NCBI GenBank assembly: GCA_964370865.1
Contig: CAYJKF010000001.1
Coordinates: 111,766 to 175,765, forward strand
Origin: an uncultured Candidatus Saccharibacteria bacterium
GTDB lineage: Bacteria > Patescibacteriota > WWE3 > 2-01-FULL-39-13
Reading direction: 5' to 3'
Length of the DNA: 64,000 nt
Shown: positions 10,401 through 17,262 of the stretch, one piece after another
Layout of the letters: every line of letters starts with the position of its first letter
How positions within the stretch are numbered: position 1 is the stretch's first letter
Translations under genes and position numbers: made by a program
Notes under the pieces: model-generated
The model's database searches: none
Told to the model about the DNA's origin: nothing
The model's input: only the letters and a program-made list of their open reading frames with translations

Positions 10401-11438
10401 AAAGGATTAGTAAAAGTAGCAAAAATTGTCGTCGGTTATCCTCTTCTTGGGTTTTGTGGCTGCATTATTATTCCAATCGTAGGTATTGCCTTTGCCGTAA
10501 TCGCGATTATGGTACCAGGTTCCATGGCGCCATTTGAAGAAGTTGGTGAAGCCGTAAATGTCGGATCGGCTCTCAGTCAATCCGACTTACTACAAGTTAA
10601 TAAATCAGCAACACTTAGCGGCGACAATACTCAAATAAACTACACAGTTGTAATTACGAATATACACACACCGACTGAACCAGATGATACAGGTGAAGTT
10701 ACAATCCAACAGATTAGTGATGTCTCGTCAATGATTTTAGGATGCGACGAACCTAATGGCGGTACTTCACACAGATATGGAGATGCTGGCTTCATAGGAA
10801 ACTACGATGCTGGTTATAATTTCAACCAATATACTGGCCATGTTTTAGCAACAGGTGAAAGCTTAACCATTACTTATACTCTTTCGAATATTACAGACAA
10901 AGATGCAACGTATAATAACAATATTAACGTCCACGAATCTAGAGAAAAAATAGCTGGAAAATATGCCATCGCGAATTCAACAACAAACATAGGTAACGGG
11001 GGGTGTAATACATGTCCTAGCGGGTGGCCTGTCACTGGTGCGGTTAATATAACTAATAGGCCTGGAGAAAGTTGGACACACAGAGGTCTTTGGCCTCATT
11101 CAATAGATTTGTCACTTGTTGAAGGAACTGAAATTTATGCCACCCATAGCGGAACCGTAGCAACCTCAAATACTGGTAACTTCGGTTATGGTACACATAT
11201 TTATCTCACCTCACCGATGGGGTTTACTAGTATTTATGGACATCTTAGCGGTTTCGCGGTAGAAAACGGAGCGACTGTTCAGGCTGGAGATTTAATCGGC
11301 TATTCTGGTGATACCGGTAACTCATCCGGTCCGCATCTGCACTATGAATTCAGAATCGGGGGCTATTGCCAAGGTCAACCACTTAAGATGAAACCACCTT
11401 TCACGCCATATTATGTACCTTATGATCCGTCGTATTAG
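7497..11438 (+). CDS. Giant membrane-anchored protein with Ig-like (DUF11-like) domain and C-terminal M23 peptidase
   Basis: M23 motifs 'HSIDL', 'SIYGHLS', 'GDTGNSSGPHLHYE'; Ig-like 'VNKSA...INYTVVITN'; TM region near aa 930-1010. Confidence 0.8.
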   Translation: MPPKKFEKPVTFSGWVEDIFNLPKEVTNQTFGVIKTKHQEYLVWVAKARASDADYAEADLIRAFTEGAEALSDLQGINTTIKVNELYAKPINTIKALGQSTLKQLTDMDDLAGYRRADAIARLTKGQVTDGRGNIPNSRYIDVGRSINNPQNLILKGLTTSRIIPLKPDALVETTPSGKLRSTMQLVKDVTEGKDPAGVGDWEDRKVVEDGVGRDQQHKPYLQLSGAFSQMAMGLESYGSRLSPKITVNTQYGRALAQEVGIDLEKVLNGSRGGLKASYDLDIKDAVSGRPKFLKDNRLKKSGAVTIGSLHLTLADDAGGDIRKLLSDDNLIAKALSISPTEYTSMSGEVKEFFKNFLENEEIQIRSGYLNPRGELGEEIKAKWNNAGLVPSLEGEIYTGAGAAYIKNDLYHLSNAKSTKQYLLGDASQKQIKAEALKSLKKKYGHDAKLLTEKTEEFYDRLAALNEATVSANTLFASATVKDALKAIKDGDFIKAAIVNTRLLGMIPFSNKKMRSPIEWAEILMPDSAQDIINKGINRLTKPKIDELKRLASSTTDPVIQQRYLNQIKNLEGLKNWINPITIAKKVSDTAQTAIGIKVKGSQLNAAQKLINEQTGLFNSTVFLEWRQRDPVSMQNAKRYTMTRVSSKDAQGLYGKFGVFSIFEDIEAANLFAHPSLSGLPYIHDMQTMFTDLSNIDAFYAELARVQSHLKAGTPIPADLLDFYNNVVVPMNFHEALGGAGEFVIDKVMDGYNQYKVSGKVLLNKISDDAKMGVGKLHAIDRWQFLKTFKGSGRASQLNDLYTGWLTKYNRYANFFNDYIQKNIIFGDVLLGVPILGKLFAPIQAVLRTIGFSEEVTIAATVRQWKWVQRLIGTGEKASNIGGSLSARSSGSLFVKSRFLRNLTSKLTGKFAGTALKGLGFALKGLTSVITGGVAFVVSTLGTMAFSASLKLIRGDVKGAKIAIKDEFKGLVKVAKIVVGYPLLGFCGCIIIPIVGIAFAVIAIMVPGSMAPFEEVGEAVNVGSALSQSDLLQVNKSATLSGDNTQINYTVVITNIHTPTEPDDTGEVTIQQISDVSSMILGCDEPNGGTSHRYGDAGFIGNYDAGYNFNQYTGHVLATGESLTITYTLSNITDKDATYNNNINVHESREKIAGKYAIANSTTNIGNGGCNTCPSGWPVTGAVNITNRPGESWTHRGLWPHSIDLSLVEGTEIYATHSGTVATSNTGNFGYGTHIYLTSPMGFTSIYGHLSGFAVENGATVQAGDLIGYSGDTGNSSGPHLHYEFRIGGYCQGQPLKMKPPFTPYYVPYDPSY

Positions 11439-11457
11439 TGTTGTAAAATAAGTTAAA

Positions 11458-12489
11458 ATGATTAGTATAAAACCTTTGATAGAAAAAAATAAAAAAATAG
11501 CCATATTAATTCTAGTTTTATTTTTGGGTGGTTTAATTTATTATCTATTTTCGAGCGGTATATTTTTAGGTCCTGGACCAGGTACAAGTGTCATTGACCT
11601 TTCTACACCAAGTATTAATGTAGCTGGAAACCAAGAAAGTAAATATAAGATAGAAAGATCTCTTTATTTCAAAGTTACGAATCCGCACGGCGGTGAAATA
11701 CTTCCAATTTATAAATATAACAAAAATGATTTAACTACTGATGAGCAGTTAATAGGAAAAATAGCCGAAGAAGTTGGACTCACCAAAAAAAAAGAAATTA
11801 ATTCAGTTGGACAAGGAACTGTCCTTGTTTTGCATTCAGAAGATAGTGCAAGGGGTATCACATTAAATAAACAAAACAACGTTCTAACTTATAGTAATAT
11901 CAGCTACGACAAAGCTATACATTTTAAAACCAACGATCAAATCGAAAAGGCTCGTAATTCAGCAGAAAGTTTTTTGAAGGAATTAAACCTCTGGAGTGAA
12001 AATTATAGTCTAATTGGCGCTCTATATAGAGATGATAAAATATCTTCTCAACAGCCAGAAACTTCAACCCCACTAAATCAGTCTACAACTGTAGAATTTT
12101 TATTTGAAAATAAAATTGATGGCTATGAAGTATCTACTCTACCCTATTCGGTTCAAGGTGATTATATTAATATCGCGGTATCCGCTGATAATTACACCAT
12201 CACAAAAATTCAATTAGTAATTTCAGGTGAAATTTCAAGTGAACAAGGCAAGGTAAAGATTATTTCATTAAATGACCTTATTAGAGATATAGATAATGGA
12301 AACCTAAAATTAATAGATACGTTAGCAGAACCTGATGCGGTATTTGACAGAATCGTTGTGTCGGAAGCTACTATCTTTTATTATGCACTTGATGGTCAAA
12401 TAGTTCCTGCATATAGAATTACAGGAACAGCAACTGACCAACGAGGGCAAGCATCGCCTGTTTATTTTATCGCCAATGCTTTCAAATAA
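11458..12489 (+). CDS. Membrane-anchored extracellular protein of unknown function
   Basis: N-terminal TM, beta-rich ectodomain ending 'VPAYRITG...FIANA'; overlaps the next gene. Confidence 0.5.
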   Translation: MISIKPLIEKNKKIAILILVLFLGGLIYYLFSSGIFLGPGPGTSVIDLSTPSINVAGNQESKYKIERSLYFKVTNPHGGEILPIYKYNKNDLTTDEQLIGKIAEEVGLTKKKEINSVGQGTVLVLHSEDSARGITLNKQNNVLTYSNISYDKAIHFKTNDQIEKARNSAESFLKELNLWSENYSLIGALYRDDKISSQQPETSTPLNQSTTVEFLFENKIDGYEVSTLPYSVQGDYINIAVSADNYTITKIQLVISGEISSEQGKVKIISLNDLIRDIDNGNLKLIDTLAEPDAVFDRIVVSEATIFYYALDGQIVPAYRITGTATDQRGQASPVYFIANAFK

Positions 12490-15400
12490 AATAGTTTATA
12501 AAATAATATTGGTTGCATTAATCCCTGTTGTGGTAATGGCAATTTTTGCAAATAGAAAAACCGAAAAAGTGTGCGCACAAGTTGAGGGCTTTGACCCAGC
12601 AAGCGCATTCGCAGAATGTATAGGACCGGAACTTGCAGCATACATGCTAGCAATATTAGATGCACAAGCTGCTGGATTAATTCCTTCTAATATCAAACTA
12701 CTATCTCCAGCCTTTAATATGACTTCGAGTACTCTTAATCCTATTGTTGGTGCTGTAAACGAAGCAGCTCCAGGAATCTTTAATCATCCAAATTTAGTTG
12801 GAATTGCAGGTAATATATATGACACTAGTGGTGGAAATTCTATGGGAGATTACTGGTCGAACCAAAATATTAACGGGCTATTTGGAAATATCCCAATTTA
12901 TATTACTGAAACAGGAAATACTGAAAATAGCGGACTATCAAACAGACAAACTGCAGATAATATTGCCGCATTACTGCAAAGCAATCCTAACATTCAAAAT
13001 ATTTCGCTATTTGTTCCAACCGGAAGTAATCCCGCGTATGGTCATCATTCGTGGTCTCAAGACGAAATAAATTATCTTTGCAGCATAACTAACGGGTGCG
13101 AAAAAATTGGTATTAATTATGGAACGTATTTTGGTGGAAATGATTATCACGATGTTAATAACTACAATATGAATTCAGGACTGCAAATCGCCGACATGGG
13201 AAGTATTCCAAGTATTATAGAGGCAGTAAACAATTCTAACGGGGATGTAATTGTAAGAATTGGAGTTGGATCAAGTTCAGGAGGATTTGATACTCCACAA
13301 GCTTATATAAAGTTTCTTAAAGAATTGGGTGACAGTTTACCCCCTGGAGCTAGCGTATTTGCTATTGCTGGTCCAAACGAACCGGATTTAGAGGGCTGGT
13401 TAAGTCCAGAATGCATGAACCTCTTACCTATTAATCCAGCTGACATGTTATGTGGAGGACGAATTGATGAAAAACCCGTGGGTTATCGAGGTGAGGTCGT
13501 TGGACATAATGGTGAAATTCCATGGAGTATCAATTCTAACTTACATCAACAGAAAGATCTTATAGGTGGAACGGTTGAAGGTCAATTAGCATCAACCCTC
13601 CAAGCAGAATTTATAATAAGAGTCCCGCCAAATACTTTTAGACACAATGATTTTAGAGTCGTATCCGATCAAATGGTAGGTTCATTAGATCCAGATGATC
13701 CAAACAATCTCTATTTCGAAGATCGGTTGAGAGACGAAGATGGATTTATAAGTCCACTGAAAGCAAATATGCCTATTTTCAACTCAGCCTTACCTGGAGT
13801 AAAAATTCCGAGTAGTTATTCAGTTGGCATAAATGAGACCTTTCAGTTTGCAGAGTCAAATGAGACACCTGAAGCATATTTAGAGAGAATTTTCAAAAAA
13901 ACTCCTGAACCTGGAGATGGACGTAAACCAGAATTCGGATGGCTCACAGAAATGCCAGCAATGGTTTTTCGAGCATGTATTCAACGGTCTGCCTGCAACC
14001 TTGGTGTAGAAGAATGTTTGAGGGCAGACGGAAGCGGTGAGCTATGCGATGGGAGCGATGATGCTGAGGATTGTAGACCATTTGGACGAACTTTTAATTT
14101 GACTGGCAGGATTGGCCATCGAGAACCTACTGAACTTCACTCGATTTCAAGAAGTTTTGAATTGCAAAAGAGACAACTTGTAGATAGACCAGGCGAACCA
14201 ACTAGTTTCGGAGCTGTTGTAACACAAGAAGATTTGTCTAGATCAACCTATGTCTTTAAAGATCCTGATTTAAATGAGTTAGCGGATGGTATGAAATATA
14301 TTCAAGAGATAAGTCAAAATAGAAATACAAACTATAAAACCTCAAGTGGAAAAGAAGTAACAGTTGCCAACACTAATAATGGTTCTTTAATCAAACCTGC
14401 AGTGGCAAATGCTCAAGGTGATCCAATGGCTCAACCACAAGGGTCACTCGGTGTTGTTGTTATCGAGTTAGGAGGCAATCAGGTTCAAATAGACTATGAA
14501 ACATGTGTTTGGCATCAACTTGGATCTGCTTGTGCAATTCGAGATGTTAGTACAACAATTAATGGACAAGGAACTTTTAACTATATACCAGTTACTCAAG
14601 CAAATATACCAAGGTGTCTAAAACCAAGCTGGGGAAATGCTCCAGTTATTACAGCAGATCTTGCACCAGGAACTTGTACAACACTAAGTGTTCACACAAG
14701 AGGTGGTAGAGTTGGTCCAGAAGGTTGTAGCGATACCTATCAAGACTCCTGCGAAATTTGTAGAGCAAATGATGGAACGATAACTCAAACCTGTGGAATA
14801 ATTCCTCCACCACCACCCGTTGATTGTAGTCAATGTGCAAGTTGGGCACCCAGTTGGCTATGCGCACCAATTATCGCAGACCCCTTACCCGAAGAAACCG
14901 AGTGTGCAGATGGAGCATGTACCTCAAGCGGAAAAATAAGCATAGAAAAAGAGATTCCATGGCAGGATGATGATGATGACCCCGATGATATAAATGATTG
15001 GATTATAAACTGGCTCGATCGACTTAGAGAAGGGGATTTTACCTGGCTAAGTGGACTCTTGGCTGGACTTTTAGAGACAGAAAGAACTGGCGTTAGATGC
15101 GATATCGACTATTCTCTTCCTTCAGAGTCCCCGGGAGGTATTCGTTTCCCAATAGGAATTGAATGTTGGTTTGGATCGCGAGATTATTTAGTATATGCAT
15201 ATCCAATAACATATATTGGCGACTTTGGTGAGAGAACGGTCGATATGTCTATAAACAATGCTATGTTCAGATTAAGTAACAAAACTGACCAATATTTTTG
15301 GCCACAAAGTACAAAAGCACCAGTAACCTTAAAGCTATCGTTAAGAGATCCAACAATTGATGACGAAACCGTAAGATTTGAGGTCCCAAATGGATCCGAA

Positions 15401-16027
15401 CGAGGCTTTGAAATTGGCGCACAAAATACGTTTTATTTAGGACTTAATGACTCTGGTGAAAGAACCATGTTTGTTGAGTATTACTACTTTATGCAACCAC
15501 AGACGAGTGGACAGTGTTTAAAACAGCGTTTCTTATCTCAACCGATTCCTTTGCCTGGCGGAGGAACCGGAGTTCCACTAAGTCATAATACGCTTTGCGG
15601 TTCTCAGGATTTTTGGACTTCTGGCATTACTAGTGGCGACACTACTTCAGCAGTGGATCAAAGAATGATGGCAGCCGTAGAACAAATAGAACAAAATCTA
15701 CTTGCTACTACTGATAGCCAAGATAAAGTTGCCGCTGAAATAAATTTAGATCAAGATATAGTTCCTCAAATTCGAAAATTATATGAACAAGATAAGCATG
15801 CAGATTATGCTGGTAGCAAAATTATGTCGAACATGACATTATCAGAAGTTGAAAATCTTCAAAATCAATTTCTTTCTGAATTTGAAATCATCCTAAATAA
15901 ATACTTCATGTCGAGTGGTAAAGGAGTTTTTAAGGATATAAACGATACACCCGAAAGCATGGAGAAAGAACTAGATGCCTTAGTTAGAAAATACGATAAT
16001 CGGGTTAGCGCTATCGTGAATAACTAA
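12476..16027 (+). CDS. Large secreted Cys-rich protein with N-terminal clan GH-A-like glycoside hydrolase domain (circularly permuted)
   Basis: Signal/TM segment; motifs 'IPIYITETG' (E145) and 'IAGPNEPD' (E302); many Cys pairs downstream. Confidence 0.6.
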   Translation: MLSNKIVYKIILVALIPVVVMAIFANRKTEKVCAQVEGFDPASAFAECIGPELAAYMLAILDAQAAGLIPSNIKLLSPAFNMTSSTLNPIVGAVNEAAPGIFNHPNLVGIAGNIYDTSGGNSMGDYWSNQNINGLFGNIPIYITETGNTENSGLSNRQTADNIAALLQSNPNIQNISLFVPTGSNPAYGHHSWSQDEINYLCSITNGCEKIGINYGTYFGGNDYHDVNNYNMNSGLQIADMGSIPSIIEAVNNSNGDVIVRIGVGSSSGGFDTPQAYIKFLKELGDSLPPGASVFAIAGPNEPDLEGWLSPECMNLLPINPADMLCGGRIDEKPVGYRGEVVGHNGEIPWSINSNLHQQKDLIGGTVEGQLASTLQAEFIIRVPPNTFRHNDFRVVSDQMVGSLDPDDPNNLYFEDRLRDEDGFISPLKANMPIFNSALPGVKIPSSYSVGINETFQFAESNETPEAYLERIFKKTPEPGDGRKPEFGWLTEMPAMVFRACIQRSACNLGVEECLRADGSGELCDGSDDAEDCRPFGRTFNLTGRIGHREPTELHSISRSFELQKRQLVDRPGEPTSFGAVVTQEDLSRSTYVFKDPDLNELADGMKYIQEISQNRNTNYKTSSGKEVTVANTNNGSLIKPAVANAQGDPMAQPQGSLGVVVIELGGNQVQIDYETCVWHQLGSACAIRDVSTTINGQGTFNYIPVTQANIPRCLKPSWGNAPVITADLAPGTCTTLSVHTRGGRVGPEGCSDTYQDSCEICRANDGTITQTCGIIPPPPPVDCSQCASWAPSWLCAPIIADPLPEETECADGACTSSGKISIEKEIPWQDDDDDPDDINDWIINWLDRLREGDFTWLSGLLAGLLETERTGVRCDIDYSLPSESPGGIRFPIGIECWFGSRDYLVYAYPITYIGDFGERTVDMSINNAMFRLSNKTDQYFWPQSTKAPVTLKLSLRDPTIDDETVRFEVPNGSERGFEIGAQNTFYLGLNDSGERTMFVEYYYFMQPQTSGQCLKQRFLSQPIPLPGGGTGVPLSHNTLCGSQDFWTSGITSGDTTSAVDQRMMAAVEQIEQNLLATTDSQDKVAAEINLDQDIVPQIRKLYEQDKHADYAGSKIMSNMTLSEVENLQNQFLSEFEIILNKYFMSSGKGVFKDINDTPESMEKELDALVRKYDNRVSAIVNN

Positions 16028-16749
16028 TTAAAAAATTTCGCTATTTTATTAATTCCCCTTGTAACAGGAGATTCCTCCGCTTCTTCAGGTAGGTTTTTCT
16101 CAAATTTTATCCCTTTAAAATTTATTAAAGGATAATTAGGAAAAGAATTCTGTTTATAAAGTAAGTGACCTAAAAATTTCTCATAAAAACCAGCTCGGTT
16201 TAGAACAACCGTCATGTTCATTAATTCAAAGGATAATTGATGGATATCTTTTTGACGAATGTCAAAATATTCTTGAGCGGATTCACTAATGATAAATTCA
16301 ATTTCTGGCCTTTTCTTAAGCCATTTTCGTTTAAGAAAATTAAGCCTTAAAGAGGCAATCTCTTTACTTTGCTTTTTAACTATCACCAATATTTTAGTGG
16401 ATTTACTAGGATAGATTCCCACAAAAAGGACATACGGCTTACTTAAGACTTTTTTTATATCTTTCGACATTAAATTAATAGAATCCTTAAGTTCTTTAAA
16501 ATAGAGAACCCTTCTATTAATTAATCCTTTTAGTTCTTCACCTTCAGGATAAATATAATTATCTAGGAAATAAAGTGTTCCAGAGGTGATTGCTGTTGTA
16601 AGTAACTCCTTATAATTTTCAGGTGAAATTTGTTCATTTAAGAAAAAGTGATGCACTTCATCTTTTGTAGGACAAAAATAATGTTCAGATAAAAATGTAA
16701 TTGTGTCGTATAAGTCTTCAGTTAAATAATTCTCCTTATAATTTTCCAT
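16024..16749 (-). CDS. Hypothetical protein, possibly a degenerate nucleotidyltransferase-like fold
   Basis: 241-aa ORF overlapping the RNase H stop; 'PYVLFVGI' strand without a clear catalytic signature. Confidence 0.4.
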   Translation of the reverse strand: MENYKENYLTEDLYDTITFLSEHYFCPTKDEVHHFFLNEQISPENYKELLTTAITSGTLYFLDNYIYPEGEELKGLINRRVLYFKELKDSINLMSKDIKKVLSKPYVLFVGIYPSKSTKILVIVKKQSKEIASLRLNFLKRKWLKKRPEIEFIISESAQEYFDIRQKDIHQLSFELMNMTVVLNRAGFYEKFLGHLLYKQNSFPNYPLINFKGIKFEKNLPEEAEESPVTRGINKIAKFFN

Positions 16750-17158
16750 CGGCAGCTTTATTGTCTAAGCAGACATTTACTAATCTATCGGCTTCTTTAT
16801 TTTGTTCTCGTCTTACATGTGAAATAGTAAAATGTTCTAACTTATTAAGCAACTCACGTGCCTTGGCGTGCAGGAGCTTTAGATTCTCATCCTTAACTTT
16901 ATACTCCCCTTTTATTTGTTTAACGATTAATTCACTATCCATTCGTATCTCAATATTTGAATAAGAACCCTTCAAAGCTGATTCTATTCCCAATATCAAT
17001 GCCTTGTATTCAGCCACGTTATTTGTTGCCGTGCCGATAAATTCCGAATAACTATCCAAAATTTCCATATCTAGGTTATAAAAGACCGCGGCTATTGCTG
17101 AAGGCCCTGGATTACCCCTTGCTCCTCCATCCGTTTGTAATATTACTTTATTGTCCAT
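16736..17158 (-). CDS. rnhA: Ribonuclease HI family protein
   Basis: 'TDGGARGNPGP', 'TNNVAEYKALI', 'DSELIVKQ', 'HVRREQNKEADRL'. Confidence 0.93.
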   Translation of the reverse strand: MDNKVILQTDGGARGNPGPSAIAAVFYNLDMEILDSYSEFIGTATNNVAEYKALILGIESALKGSYSNIEIRMDSELIVKQIKGEYKVKDENLKLLHAKARELLNKLEHFTISHVRREQNKEADRLVNVCLDNKAADGKL

Positions 17159-17262
17159 GTAACAACCTATTATAACCGTACTTAAATAAAATCAAACTGC
17201 TTTTTTAAATTGAAAACTGTTAATATTAGTGTAGGCTTTTTTAGACGAAAGTTACTGCCAAT

